Positions 1 to 15,440 are shown, counted from the first letter of the stretch. The stretch is 64,000 bases of DNA from Eledone cirrhosa (GCA_964016885.1 OZ024742.1:287556001-287620000), one strand, 5' to 3'. Numbers and translations: made by a program. Notes: generated by a model from the sequence alone, not told the origin.

Positions 1-1092
<1,092 letters not shown>

Positions 1093-1420
1093 ACAAGGAA
1101 GAAGTACATCAACAGATGTAAGTATTAGGCAAAGATAATGAGGTATAAATGTTTTAATAGTAATGCAAAACAATAAAAGATCTGTGAACTTCCTGCTTCA
1201 TAGTTTCACGTCTCTCCTTTTCTTCTAACTCTCACTATATGTTGTCATAACTATACGTACGCACATATACCTATGTATTTGCGTATATACATATATACAT
1301 GCACACACACACACGGGCGCATATATTCATAAAAAATGTGTATATGTGTGTTTAATAGCATGTATATATATATATATATATATATGCATGCATAAATATA
1401 TGCACACATACATGCGAGTG

Positions 1421-1573
<153 letters not shown>

Positions 1574-1740
1574 GTGTGTGTATTATATATTATATATATA
1601 CATGCATATCCACAAAGATAGATAGAAAGATAACAGACATTTAGATGGATCAAAGATAGATAGATGAATATATCTACGTCTATATTTTCGTCAATACTTC
1701 CGCACTTGAAGTAAAAATGGCCATGTGTGTGCATTTGTGC

Positions 1741-1790
<50 letters not shown>

Positions 1791-1792
1791 TG

Positions 1793-1860
<68 letters not shown>

Positions 1861-2259
1861 TTTGTGTGTGTGTGTGTGTGTACGAGTACGTGTACGTGTA
1901 TATGTAAGCAATCCTGCATATGCAATGTGTATAAGTATTGTTAACACGTATCAGAAAATAGATTTTAAAAAAGATATGTAAAAAGACGGAAATCGTACGC
2001 CTCCATTATAGAAATCCGTTGTTCCGTACAACTAAATATCACATGAATCATAGATGAGGAAGAAAACATGTATGGACATTATCTAAGGAAAAGTTTCAAA
2101 CATTTACCTACATATTACATATTTATCCATCATAAGTGTATTGAAACTGAATTGATATTGTCATACACATTTCGATTAAAGTTGGTTCAGTGTCGGTCGA
2201 TTCGCACATAGCAAATTTAGGAGAGGAAGATGACCAAATATCATTAATGTATACGTATA

Positions 2260-2665
2260 ACAGCTCCGATACTATGGAGATATGGTTAGAATGTCTCAGG
2301 AAAGAATTGCTGGATAGATTTTACGAAGGGTTTTTGAAGTAACGTTACTCGATAGAGTGCGTAGCTCGAAAATCAGAGAGTCACTACAGGTAGAGCTGCT
2401 ACTTCTTCAAATTGAGAGATCACAGCTCCAATACTATGGACATGTGGTTAGAATGTCTCAATGGACAGATTTTACGGGCAAAACCAACTGGCAGGAGACC
2501 CAGAGGTAGACACCGAGCAAGATGGTTGGATAACATCCATGATCTTGGCTGGTCTTGCTTGGGGATTCAGCTGAATCAATTGGAAACGGTTGCTTCTGAC
2601 AGGACCTGCTGGAAGGAAGTGTTTGAAGACTCTGTCCCCACGACCCTCCCAGGAATAAGTGGACA
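2260..2665 (+). mobile_element. RTE-clade LINE 3' remnant
   Basis: Translates (with frameshifts) to QLQYYGHVVRM...ILRAKPTGRRPRGRHRARWLDNIHDLGW...LETVASDRTCWK, a typical RTE C-terminus. Same family at 4562, 41575 and 53760. Confidence 0.75.
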
Positions 2666-2687
2666 TGGTATGATTATTGTACGTTAG

Positions 2688-3090
2688 GACGTTGATGTTA
2701 TCTCACTGAAGTATGAATAATAGTGTCAATTGCTTGACCTTTTTTCTAATAAGTTTCATTCATCAACCACACAAATCTACACCAACTGCAGTAAGGAAGA
2801 TATCAACAAAAGACCTCTATTTTTTGGTATTCAGTGAGAAAAACTGATGTTTCCGTCATAATGTTTCGGAACGAATTTCATCGCTTCGATCACAGAACCG
2901 GGGCGGCATCGTCTACAATGCAGAGGATCGAGAGATGATCAAATACTAGGGCACTGACTGATCGATTTTCTTTTCTACCAGTCTCCATTGACACACCCAA
3001 TAACCTGGGTCCTCGAAGTGCCGCTTTCCTTCGCTAATTCAGGGCGAGGACATCACGCTTGAGGAAGCAACTCTACAAGCGAATCTCACA
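2688..3090 (+). repeat. ~400-bp dispersed repeat, unclassified
   Basis: gacgttgatgt..atctcactgaagtatgaataatagtgtcaattgcttga... recurs, diverged, at ~52229-52640 in the same orientation. Confidence 0.75.
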
Positions 3091-3259
3091 TCAGCCATTC
3101 CGGCTAATGTTTTGAGTTTCACTGGTTTTATTCTGTGGCAGCACTTTCTGCAGAGCACGGCTGAGATTTGCCAACCAACCAATGAAATAATGTTTGCCCC
3201 TCCCATTTTTTCTCATCTTCCTTTTTCTTTTTTTCATTTTTCTTTTCTTTTTTGTCAGA

Positions 3260-3460
3260 TTCGGACTATGGATCAGCAGAATCCTTAGAGCGTCGGACAA
3301 GTATTTGTTTCGGCTCTTTACGTTCTTTGTTCAAATCCTACCCAGGTTAACTTTGTCTCTCATCCTTCTGGGTCGATAAAATAGTACCATTCAAGCTCGA
3401 TTCAAGCGATTTCCTCTTTTCTCAAAATTGCTGGGCTTGAGCTTAAATTGGAAACCATTA
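3260..3460 (+). mobile_element. tRNA-derived SINE, family B
   Basis: gcagaatc.ttagagcgtcggacaa...ctctttacgttct..gttcaaatcc..ccaggttaactttg.ct.tcatcctt..gggtcgataaa; more than 10 related copies in the window. Confidence 0.7.
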
Positions 3461-3663
3461 ATTCTCATCATTTTATTTTTTTTAATGTATATCTTATTAT
3501 GGCCCACAAAGATTTCTAATTTTGACACAGGACCTGCCAAATCTCCCCATTACATCTGCTTTCTTGGATAAGAAAAGGACACATTAAATCAGGAGTTCTT
3601 AAATATTTTTTACGAATGCAGATTCCGAAGGTATTTTTCCATATCCTTTTCAACAGATTCTTG

Positions 3664-3699
<36 letters not shown>

Positions 3700-3749
3700 G
3701 TTCTATTAAGGTGCCAGTATAACTTCAAATGATGTCTATTTTGGGGTAA

Positions 3750-3927
<178 letters not shown>

Positions 3928-4505
3928 GTGTGTGCGCGTGTATAACTAGAAACAGAACTGGAAAGAAAATTCTAACAATTTTGTCGTGAATATATCTATA
4001 GAAAAAATAGGCAAACATCATTATACGAGCTAGCTAGAACTATTTTAGAACATACCTTTAATTCAGCTGAATAAGATTGCAAATCTGTACCTTTATCTTA
4101 AAGTTTAGTTACATTGTGAAACAGGAAAAAAAAAAACCCTAAAATATGCATAGTTTGTAATATCTCGACTACATTATAAAACTGGCTCTTATCTAGTGAG
4201 ATATTTGCTGCATCTTTTTTTGCTTTTTTGTGCAATGAAAACATTGATTCTATGATACAGTTGCTGACAAGGTTACTCGTAAGTTATCAAACATATCAAG
4301 TCGATTTTTTCACCTCGGTTCCAGGTTAAATAATACAAATAAACATGCTTTACAGAGACACGTATTTGTGAAGAGAACCAAAAACATTCATTACCATCAT
4401 CGCCAGGCTAAAGTAAACATTGGTCTTCTTACACTAAATCTGCTTGATATCTAATCTTCCTTTTTGAAATAAGCTTTCTTTCTTGGGTTTTCTTAAAATT
4501 CACTG

Positions 4506-5060
4506 TTTCTTCTTCTTCTTCTTCTTCTTCTTCTTCTTCTTCTTCTTCTTCTTCTTCTTCTAAAGGTCGTGGAGACATATTTCTCGGACGCACACTTCTA
4601 AAGGGTCCTATCAGAAGCAATACTCTCCGATTGATCCGACTGGATCCCCAAGCATCGATGTTATCCAACCATCTTGATCGGGGTTTACCCATGGGTCTCC
4701 TGCTGGTTGGTTTAGCCCATAAAATCTGTCTAGCGGTTCTTTCTTTAGACATTCTAACAAGGTATCCTTAGTATCGGAGTTGTGGTCTCTTGATTCGGAG
4801 AAGTAGCGGTGCTACATGGAACGACGTCCTGATCTGTGAGCTACGCACGCTATCGAGTAATATTAGTCCAAAGATCCCTCGGAGGAACCCCATTTCGGCC
4901 GCTTGTATTCGTGATCGTATTCTTAACTCGTCGGAAGGTGATCTCCGACATGTACTGGATAGGGTTGCACCTCAATGCTGCACTACACGAATGAAAAGCA
5001 ATGCAGTGAAGATTCACTCGTCCTGTCAAGAAAGCCTGCGAACTGTACTCCGTATGTCAG
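4506..5060 (-). mobile_element. RTE-clade LINE 3' remnant with (GAA)n tail
   Basis: Minus-strand MSKERTARQILWAKPTSRRPMGKPRSRWLDNID followed by (GAA)n, read as (TTC)n at 4506-4561. Confidence 0.75.
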
Positions 5061-5321
5061 AGGGACTTACTACCACCACCACCACCACCACCTTCAAATG
5101 ATGGTACTTAGGTCTTTCAAATGGTTCTAGACATGTTGAAGTATTTCGACAAACAATGTGTTATCATACCCACTAAAGACAAGATGGTTGTTGATATTTG
5201 CGTAATTCGAGAATTTTATTCCAAATTTATAGAGTAATGATACAATGATACAATAATTAAATGTGAATGACTGGTTTGGATGACCCCACCATTGTACTTA
5301 CTGTTTGTGAACATGTAGAAA

Positions 5322-5432
5322 TTATGAGCGATATATGTTCGACCATGACAAAACATTTGAAATATATATATGTTCGACCATGGCAATATGTGTGATATGG
5401 TGATATATGTTCGACCATGGCAAAACATTTGA
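5322..5432. repeat. Short tandem repeat, three copies of atatgttcgaccatg(g/a)caa core
   Basis: Direct reading of the sequence. Confidence 0.7.
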
Positions 5433-5919
5433 AAACTGTGCTACCACACTTTCATATCGGAATGAGTGTACGAATTCTTCAACATTATCATTTATTCAGT
5501 AGAATTATTGTATGCCATTTATTAAGTGCATTACTAGACTAGGCTTTGGTTCCCACATTTTGAAGGACTATGGTAAGGATACACCCGCGCCTCCAGTTTA
5601 GAACCCTTGCTTTAGATTTTATTTATCTATAAACCCCTAAAGGGCAGTATGGTCATGTCTACAATGTCTTTGTTTATAGGTTTTCTCAAACAAAATTTCC
5701 CTGGGACTAAACTACAGTATCTTCAGATTAAACGAGAGAGCATGTAAACCATATTTAGACCTGTCAGAAATAGCAGCTAACTTTCCTCAAACCACATCTT
5801 CCCTTTTTAGAATACGAAGGACACATTGTACAATGTATTTATAGATATACAAAAGACAGGGTATCAGCAGTTGAAATGCCTCTAATTATAAAACTGCTTG
5901 ATCAGAGCTGACCTGGTAC

Positions 5920-6370
5920 TAAACAACAATAACAATAACAACAATAACAACAACGGAAACAATAATAACAATAGCAACAACAGCAATAACAATAATAACA
6001 GTAACAACAACGGCAACAACAATAACAATAGCAACAACAGCAATAACAATAATAACAGTAACAACAACAGCAACAACAATAACAATAGCAACAACAACAG
6101 TAAATAATAACAGGATCAACAACAACAACAACAACAACAATACCAATAGCAACAACAATAACAACAACAATATCAATAGCAACAACAACAATAACAACAG
6201 AAACAACAACATTAACAACAGCAACAATAACAATAACAAGGACAACGTCAAGATTAACAACAACCACCACCACAACAACATCAACAGTAACAACAGCATT
6301 AACAAAAACATTAACAACAACAACATCAACATCAACATCGACAGCAGCATCAACAATAACAATAGCAACA
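5920..6370. repeat. (AAC/AAT/AGC)n trinucleotide microsatellite
   Basis: Degenerate AAC run; source of the poly-N/L/V ORFs. Confidence 0.95.
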
Positions 6371-7012
6371 TGTTGAGATCAAAGATAACAAACACATTAA
6401 GCATGTTAATGGTGTAAAGATAAAAAAGAAAAACATGTCTTCCAACCACTAAAACTTCCAATACTTATCTACCGACATAAATACATACCACTAAGAACAA
6501 TACAAACAAATAGCCTATCTTATAAGACTTAATTATTCCGAAAATACATACACTCATCATATATTGTAGGTAAACAGGTAATTTCTATAGTAAAACCATA
6601 TATTCCTTGTAAATTTATGGTTAAATCCATTATCATATTGCTTTCAGTCATTTTTTTTAAAAGAAACAACACAAAAACTAACTCCAGTTAACTGTTATGT
6701 TGTATATCAATGTATTATTATCTATTATTAAGTGTGGTCTGGCATGTAGATGTAGTAAGCTAAAAATAATTTCTAATCAATTGAAATTACACGCAATGAG
6801 TAGAAAAATCATTAAGTTTTAATTATAATTTTTGCAAGAAAAGTTATTAGCGTTAATTATTTTTCTTCTCATTCCGAGTATAATTTCAATTCATTAAAAA
6901 TTACTTTTTTGGCTCACTACAATCAGTATCTTAGACTGCACTTTAATTGTATGTTCTTCAAGCAGATGGCATCTCCGGAGAAATTTTCTAATGTCCATTA
7001 TTAGTTATCTTG

Positions 7013-7215
7013 AGGACGGTAGATTGGCCGAATCGCCGAATCATTAGAGCGTCGGACAAAGTGCTTTGAGGTATTTAGTTACGGCTCTTTACGTTCTGAG
7101 TTCAAATCCCGCCGAGGTCAATTTTGCCTTTCATCTTTTCGGGACCGATAAAATTATCAGTTACATACTGGGTCGGTGTAATTGACCCCCCCACAAGTTG
7201 TTGGCCTAGAGCCTG
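7013..7215 (+). mobile_element. tRNA-derived SINE, family B
   Basis: ttctgagttcaaatcccgccgaggtcaattttgcctttcatc (B-box region and body). Confidence 0.75.
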
Positions 7216-7396
7216 CTACATGCTTGTTAACCAACCCAACAGTGAATGCCGCATGGTTACCATGAACCAACAAGATACTTACTACATGTATTTACTATAA
7301 TGTACTATATGTTCTATCCTAGATTAATGATCCTTCATTTCCTCTCAATCACAATCATCTGTTGCGTTATTTTTTCTCTTTGAATTGTTCTCTCTG

Positions 7397-7610
7397 GGGC
7401 GGTGGATAGGCAGTATCTGTAGCACATCGGATACAATTCTTTGGAGCATTTAGTTAAGGCATCCTACATTCTGACTTCAAATTCCACCGAGGTCAACTAT
7501 ACTTTTCATACTTCCAGGGTCGATAAATTATTTGTACCAGTTAAGTACTGGGCTCAATATAAACCACTCCCACCTTCCTACAAATTACTGGCTTGTGCCA
7601 ACATTGGAAA
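7397..7610 (+). mobile_element. tRNA-derived SINE, family B (diverged)
   Basis: ggcggtggataggcagta...ttcaaattccaccgaggtcaact...gggtcgataaa. Confidence 0.65.
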
Positions 7611-7694
7611 GATTTCTTTTCTCTCTCCACTCCGCCCAATTTCTCTAACTCCACCGATTCTTTGCAATGTTTAATTACGTCCCTTTCTATTCTT

Positions 7695-7940
7695 GTGGAG
7701 GCGTGTGGCCTAGTGGTAGGGGTGTTGGACTTACGATCATAATGTTGTGGGTTCGATTCCTGGACTGTCTTGTCTTCTTAAGCAAAACATTTCATTTCAA
7801 GTTGCTCCAGTATACTCCAGGGAAGGGGTCTTGTACTCTCAGTCGCTTCACGCCACGAAACCGGGATAAGCACCGATACGACGAGCCTCCTGGCTTGGGT
7901 CAGACTTTAGAGTCAGACTTTAGAGACAAGACTAGACTTT
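7695..7940 (+). mobile_element. tRNA-derived SINE, family A (CORE-like body)
   Basis: A-box tggcctagtgg, B-box ggttcgattcc, body tcttaagcaaaacatttcatttca.gttgctccag, repeated cagactttagag tail. Confidence 0.75.
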
Positions 7941-8320
7941 CCATTGAACGTGGCAAATCCCAGCCTAGTCGAATATATTTTCCCATACTCAGTGGTCTAT
8001 AAAATACGTACTAGTCTTACATATTGGAGTCGATTTAATCAACTCTACCAACCGACTTAAAAAGAGTGAGTGAAATTTTGTCAATCGATAATGTAGGCTC
8101 CATTTTTTCTTCCCTTATCTTCCCTTTTCCTTGCTTCGCTGTCTTTTTATGGGCAACAGGTCTCATATTTTTACCTTATCTTATTCCTATTCTTTACTTC
8201 TTTTAAAGTTATCATTTTCTCCCTTTATCAATGTTTTTCGAATTTTTTTCAACGATTATTTTCACGTTATAAATATTTTCATCATTCTTCCTTTCATCCA
8301 CACTCTCAGTCTAAAAATAA

Positions 8321-8398
<78 letters not shown>

Positions 8399-8506
8399 AC
8401 ACACACTCACGCACACACACATACACACACACGCGCACACACACATATATACACACACATACACTGTCATCGTTTTTTGCTTTTAGTTAAATAAATAAAT
8501 AAATAG

Positions 8507-8592
<86 letters not shown>

Positions 8593-8593
<1 letters not shown>

Positions 8594-8695
8594 ACGAAGG
8601 AAATGTGGTAAGGAACCAGATGGACCATAACGCATCAAAGTACTAGAATTAGCCGTCGAAACGGCTTGAGCTCAGCCGTCGGGGTCCTACTCGTT

Positions 8696-8698
<3 letters not shown>
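8593..8698. mobile_element. (TA)n-embedded PLE-like mini-element, family P1 (inverted tail + arm)
   Basis: Shares tail and arm sequence with 32597-32785, 57618-57727 and 59650-59840; TA tracts on both sides. Confidence 0.65.
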
Positions 8699-8761
<63 letters not shown>

Positions 8762-8848
8762 CATACATATATTTCTGTTTACTTTTTACTTACACACACA
8801 CACAAACACACACATACATATATATATATATGTATATATACATATATG

Positions 8849-8912
<64 letters not shown>

Positions 8913-8923
8913 CATTATATACA

Positions 8924-8985
<62 letters not shown>

Positions 8986-9012
8986 CATACATATATATAT
9001 ATATATACATAC

Positions 9013-9074
<62 letters not shown>

Positions 9075-9079
9075 TTATA

Positions 9080-9315
9080 GTGAAGGCGTGTGGCTGAGTG
9101 GTTAGAGAATTGGATTCACAATCTTGAGATTGTGAGTTCGATTCCTGGACCGGGCGATGCGTTATGTCCTTGAGCAAGACACTTTATTTCACGTTGCTCC
9201 TTCTACCTGGAGTTGCGACCAGGTAGAAGGAGCAACGATAGATAGTACTAGCAACTGGAAAGACCGACGAAAACATTGTTTCCTCGGTCCGATTTGACGA
9301 AAGTCGATCGTCTTT
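9080..9315 (+). mobile_element. SINE A head/core fused to a distinct tail that ends in (TA)n
   Basis: A/B boxes and ccttgagcaagacactttatttcacgttgctcc, then tail ...cattgtttcctcggtccgatttgacgaaagtcgatcg shared with 57396 and 61769. Confidence 0.75.
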
Positions 9316-9331
9316 AAATATATATATATAT

Positions 9332-9465
<134 letters not shown>

Positions 9466-9769
9466 TCGTATATCTGTCGTTAATGAAAATGTATCCTCTG
9501 CAAAAATATGGGGAGCTAGAAATAAATAGATAGTAAGATAAAGAAATAGAGAAAGAGAAAATGGAGAATAAAGGAACAAGAAAGGAAGAAGTAAGACTAT
9601 GGCAGCCATTCCGGAAGTAACAATGAGTTGTTTTCAATAAACGTTTTGAGTCAAGCCGGAAGAGCTCACACACAATGGTTAGCATGGATATTCATTGTGA
9701 GTAATTGTAAAGAAAATAACGAAGTTGGAAATGGCGGCGAGGATGATAAGGAGGATTAAAATAACAAAA

Positions 9770-9965
9770 TAATAATAATAATTATTATTATTTACTATCA
9801 CTATTATAGTTATTTTTATTATCATTATCATTATTATTAGTAGTAGTAGTAGTAGCACAAGCAGCAGTAGTAGCAGTAATAGTAGTACTAGTGGTAGTAG
9901 TGGTAGTAGTTGTAGTGGTAGTGGTAGTGGTAGTAGTAGTAGTAGTAGTAGTAGTAAAAGATAAT
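9770..9965. repeat. (ATT)/(TAG)n trinucleotide microsatellite
   Basis: Direct reading of the sequence. Confidence 0.9.
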
Positions 9966-10839
9966 AATTGACTTTCTAAAGCACCCAAGGGTAACCATGA
10001 TTATATACTAGAAGATTTTCTTAATATGTATTTCAGTGTTAACTGAGTTGTAGCAACAATTTACCTACTTTATTCAAAAATAGATCTGCTATAACTGCTA
10101 CTGCTGGTAATGCTGGGTGTTGTGACCATAGTATTGGTGACGGAGGAGAAAGGTATAAAATTCTCCTTTTAGAAACATAAAAAAATTATATTGTTTTCTA
10201 TCTCTCACTCTCCCCAACGCCCAAGGTTTGAAGCCATCAAAATTAATTGTAGCTATCCTTCATTTAGCTATATTTTAACAACTGATTAGCAGTAGCACTA
10301 TCACAGCGTGATTTAGAATAAAGGCGCAGACCCTTATGCATTATGATACATTATGCTTATGTATTAACATACATTTAGTCTCTGTGTGAGTACTATCACT
10401 AATACTGTAAATAAGTTTCAACAAGAATAGTTTGTTTATAAAATCTATAAGACTTTAATGTATTTCCTTCCACATTGTCTGGACGTATGTAACCAAGTGC
10501 TGACGAGAAATTACGAAAAAGATTCCGAAATGCATATATACACCACTCTTGGATCAATACCGAGGTAGCTGTGAAATGTTTACACTATAAAATATTCGCA
10601 GTGAAACTAAATATATGTTTATTACACATAAAGATATTGTATATATGTCCATATATCATACATATGCCTTAGTCTAGATATTGAGTATTGTAGACGCTAT
10701 AAGAAATTAGAATTTCAACTAAGTGAGTAGTCGTAGAGTTAAAGTAAAGTGAGTCTGCTACGAGGGCACGATTATTATTTGGGTCATCACATTTCACTTC
10801 CTCTTTGTATTGTGATTTCTTGTGGTAATAGTCAATAGT

Positions 10840-11545
10840 GGTGAAGGCGTGTCGCTTAGGGGTTAGGGTGTTCGTCTCATTATATGATGCTCGGCTCACT
10901 ATAGGGTGTTTGGCTCACTATAGGATGTTAGGCTCACTATAGGGTGTTCAGTTCACTATAGAATATTCGGCTCATTATACAATGTTCGGCTCATCATAGG
11001 ATGTTCGCCTCACTATAGGATGTTCGGCTCATTATAGGATGTTCGACTCACTATAGGATGTTCAACTCATTATAGGGTGTTCGGCTCATTATAGTATGTT
11101 CGGCTCACTATTATGTGTTCAACTTACTACAGCATGTTCGGCTTATTACATAGGGCGTTCGGCTAACTAAACGATATTCAGCACACTATACGATGCTCAG
11201 CTCACTATACGATATTCAGCTCACTATACGATGTTCAGCTCACTATACGATGTTCAGCTCACTACTGAATCATAAGTTAGATTTCCGGCTGTGCGATATG
11301 TTCTTGAGCAAGACATTTTATTTCAGCTAGCTCCAATCTAGTCAGATGGCAAAAATAAGTTTTACCTGTAATTCAAAGGGCCAGTCTTTTTACACGCTGT
11401 GTCACAATGAATATCCTTGAGAAATACATTAAAGGTAGACGTGTCTGTGGAATGCTCAGCCATTTTCACGTTAATCTTATGAGGAGACTGTTCCGTTGAT
11501 CGAATCAATTGGAATACTTGTCGTATCCGACGGAGATCGAACACG
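10840..11545 (+). mobile_element. SINE family A with internal ~20-bp tandem expansion
   Basis: Head gtgaaggcgtgtcgcttaggggttagggtgttcg, ~20 copies of gatgttcggctcactatag, then ttcttgagcaagacattttatttca body. Confidence 0.8.
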
Positions 11546-11689
11546 GGTGTCTTTCCATTACCTGTCAGTAGTCTAGAAAGGGTCGTTGCATTACGTTATT
11601 AGTTGTAATACAGTATATAGTGGGAGCACTATATAATTAAAAGGTGTTTACTTAGTGTGTCATGCTCGTTGAATTGCAGTTGATTTTGC

Positions 11690-12275
11690 TGTTAAACCTT
11701 TGGGTAGTCATGATTGAGAAGACCTGCAAATAAAGGCGTGCCAGCCATGACCAGTCTTTTGATATATCTAAGACTGCATTATCTAATATGTCATTTCTTT
11801 TCTGAAAGTATGTGATTTGAGACAGTTTGGCTGCTATTTCTACGCTTGAGTGACTGCGTATATATTCGTTTGTTGTAGTTGTTTAACCGCAGGTCATCTT
11901 TAATTGAGAAGACCTATTATCAAAAATGTTCCAACCATGATCCACCCATCTTTTCATACAGTTCTGTCTTACTTTTAAGACGGTATGATGTGATTTGAGA
12001 CAATTTGACTGTTTATTCTAACAGTTCGAGTGACCACATATGTTTCTTTGTTGGTTCCTTAAATTATGTCTCCTGTTGTGGCGATTGTTTAATCAGAGCT
12101 CATTACAGATTGAGAAGGTGTGTTCTAGACATGACCATCTCCTATTTTAATATATAAAAAATTGCATTGTATATTGTGTTCTCTCTTTTTCGAAAACGGT
12201 AGGGTGTGATTTGGGGGAATTTGGCTGTTATTGCTAGCAGACTTACTGACCATGTAGAGGTTCTCTCGTTAACTT
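11690..12275 (+). repeat. Three tandem diverged copies of ~190-bp dispersed family C
   Basis: gtttaacc..aggtca....tgattgagaagacct...ccagccatgacca...tgtgatttgag....tttggctgctatttcta three times. Other copies at ~5730, 19050, 19420, 23270, 31190 and 50910. Confidence 0.7.
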
Positions 12276-12868
12276 ATACAGTGGTGTCTGTCTGTTAGAC
12301 AACGTATTAGCAGATAGCATTAATATCTTTGCTTTGATGTTTTTTGCTCGTATACACTTCACGGATATAGTCTCGCTTAATTGGAGTTATCGCGCTAGAT
12401 AGACACATTAAGTATGTTAGCACCTACTTCATTCTCATGATTGATATTCCGTCGGTTTCGATGATGAATATTCAGTTATTCAATCAATTGAGTTGCATAA
12501 TCGTCAATTTAACTTGTAAATGGTTGAGTATTCTTGATGTAATTCTCAAGCTAAATCAATGTGACATAAATATGTAACGCGAGTTCACAAGGTAGAACCT
12601 TTAAATTACAGATATGATACATCCTCTGTCGGTTTCCGTAATTAATTAGCCTGTAAATGGCTGAGTATTCTACAGATACGTGTCCCTGTTAACGTATTTT
12701 CTAAGCCGAATCAGTGTGACTCAAAGTGCCAGGCCTGTATATTGAAATCACACGTACAATCCATCACAAGGTTAGAGTCAACCCGATACTTTTTATACTA
12801 CAAAAGTGAATTGAAATAAAGTCACAGCGAACAAATGTTTACACACATACTTACAGACATGTGCGCGC

Positions 12869-12911
<43 letters not shown>

Positions 12912-13227
12912 CACACAAAGAGATACATTTTACTTTCCTTTATCAATCGTTGGTGCCCAAGATGGAACTCTCTAAAGCTTATGCTACCTTTTTTCAACCC
13001 ATGAGATGGAGACGGTGTTCAGGACGTCAGAATTACATCCATTAAATACATGATAGTACATACGTTTGATCTGGGGCTGATGACGCTACTCTGAGTGTTG
13101 CATCCGCACAGGTGGTAGACGTGGTACCATTAGAAGACGTAGTCACTTCAACAGACTATCGCTCAGCGGATCATTGACACACATATACGGAGTATGGACT
13201 GATCCACATCTATTTTGTGAAACAACT

Positions 13228-13515
13228 GTGAAGGTGCATGGCCTAGTGGTTAGGGTGTTGGACTTACGACCTCAATTTCGTGGATTTGATTCCTGGACTG
13301 AGTGCCGTGCTGAGTTGTGTTCTTGAACAAAACAGTTCATTTCATATTGCTTCAGTACATTCAACTGAAAATGAGTACCAGCAGTAGCTGGAGGTCTACC
13401 CTGCGATGGACTGGTGTCCTCTCCAGGGGGAAGTTTTTGTATTCCCAGTCGCTTAACTCCATGAAAACCGGGATAATCACTGGAATGATGAGTTCCCGTG
13501 CTTGGGTTGGACTTG
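13228..13515 (+). mobile_element. tRNA-derived SINE, family A
   Basis: gtgaaggtgcatggcctagtggttagggtgttgg head; ttcttgaacaaaaca body; aaaatgagtaccagc; ccctgcgatggactgg. Confidence 0.75.
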
Positions 13516-14150
13516 AAATTTTTTACTAACTCTAACACTCGTTCTTGTATGAACTTTGTGTTTAAGTTAGCCATAGCCTGACAGATGATGAAGACAATTC
13601 TAAAATGAAAACAAGCTAGACATTCATTCTGTGTAACTTGGGATACAAGTAATAAATTTAAAATAATTGTGAAATTGTTGTTGGACCTTCATCAGTTTCG
13701 ACGATTATTCGAAAGACATAACAGCTTTCTCGTGAAATTAATGTGTACATTTCCGAGCATTTCACAAATACGCAGATGGTAACAAATTAAAATGTTTAGC
13801 AGACACGTACACACACGACATTCACGATCACACGGAAAACCTACACGTGTTCTTTTTTATTGAAAGACACATACAAAAGATAATATGTGCTAGTTGTATG
13901 GCTAGTTCAAATGTCAAGCAATTGATCATCAACAATGTGCTTAAATTCCTGATCACGAATTATATCTGTTCCATTTATCTTAACATGTCTACATTGTACC
14001 ACATTTTTCTAACCTTACAATAACTAGCGAGAACTTTCTAACTTAAAGATAGTATATTTGTCTTGCTACATATACGTATCTATATAGAAGAGAAAGAAAC
14101 AGTCACTACTCTCCCTCCCTCTCTTTCTCTTTCTCTCTCTTATATATATA

Positions 14151-14609
14151 TCTCCTTATAATATATAACCAGCAATTTCTCTGTCTGTCTGTCCGTCAGT
14201 GGAAACTCGTGCGCGCGTGCGAATGTTTTTTGCGCGCGCGTAGAGAGAGAGTGAGAGTGAAAGAAAGAGACAGACTACGAGAGGGGGAGGGAGAGAGGGA
14301 GAGAGAGAGAGTGAATAGACGCTAAAACACGTGCGCGCGTGCGAATGTTTTTTGCGCACGCGTAGAGAGAGAGTGAGAGTGAAAGAAAGAGACAGACTAC
14401 AAGAGGGGGATAGCGGGAGGGAGAGAGAGGGGGAATTGAGGAGCGCTACAGAAACATATATACATTTCTGTGTGTGTGTAATATATATATATATATATAT
14501 ACACACACAGAATTATATATATATACACACAGAAATATATATACATTTCTGTGTGTGTAATATATATATATACTAGCAGAAAACCATCCGGTGGGTGGTT
14601 TTCTGCTAG
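14151..14609 (+). mobile_element. Non-autonomous Helitron-like element H1
   Basis: A|TC start, (ctgt)n near the 5' end, CTAG end at 14606-14609, internal ~120-bp tandem duplication. Confidence 0.55.
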
Positions 14610-15068
14610 TCTATATATCTAAAACAGAATGTGTCTGTCTGTCTATCTGTCTGACTACCTAAAACTCGAGAACCACCCAACCGATTGTTTTCAAACTTTA
14701 CACATGTAATATTTATGGCCCTGTGAGTGTTTTCAGCAAAAAAATCTTTTCGAATTTTCAATGCCCTAGGGACCGCATTAGGCAATTTAGCGATCTCTCT
14801 CTCTAATTCTTAGTCTTTCTTTTTAGATAGATACATAGATATAACGTTGCGCCCTTATAATATCTGTCTGTATGTCTGCATTACGACATTATGACGTCGC
14901 TATCTGTGAGTGTGTGTATATATGTATATATATAGTGTGTGTATATATATGTGTAGTGTGTAACGTTTTTCGAAATATTTACTTCTGCGTTCACAGATTG
15001 ATTACTTTAGTTTCAGAAGATCCCGTTAAGGGTGAAAGCAGCGATTCTTTGCTTAAACTTTAATCTGT

Positions 15069-15122
<54 letters not shown>

Positions 15123-15125
<3 letters not shown>

Positions 15126-15440
15126 GGTTTGAGGTTCACCACTAGATAGAGCTGGTCAATTCCGTATGGTCAATCTTAATGTAATAATATGGAGAGTACT
15201 CAACGTAAAGCAGTTCAACCGTCTTCGTTTTTGTAGTTGGTGGTGCTAGTACGGAGTTAAATATTATAATGAAATGACAGGAGGCTGGACTTGTGTAAAT
15301 CCTTGAAAGGTTTATTATACTATGATCATTTCAATGACCGGGTTCCGTATGAATCCATACGGAACCCGGTCATTGAAATGATCATAGTATAATAAACCTT
15401 TCAAGGATTTACACAAGTCCAGCCTCCTGTCATTTCATTA

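Noticed and set aside
11044-11058. cgactcactatagg resembling the T7 promoter (vector contamination)
   Set aside because: It is one variant unit of the SINE-derived 20-bp array and lacks the upstream TAATA.
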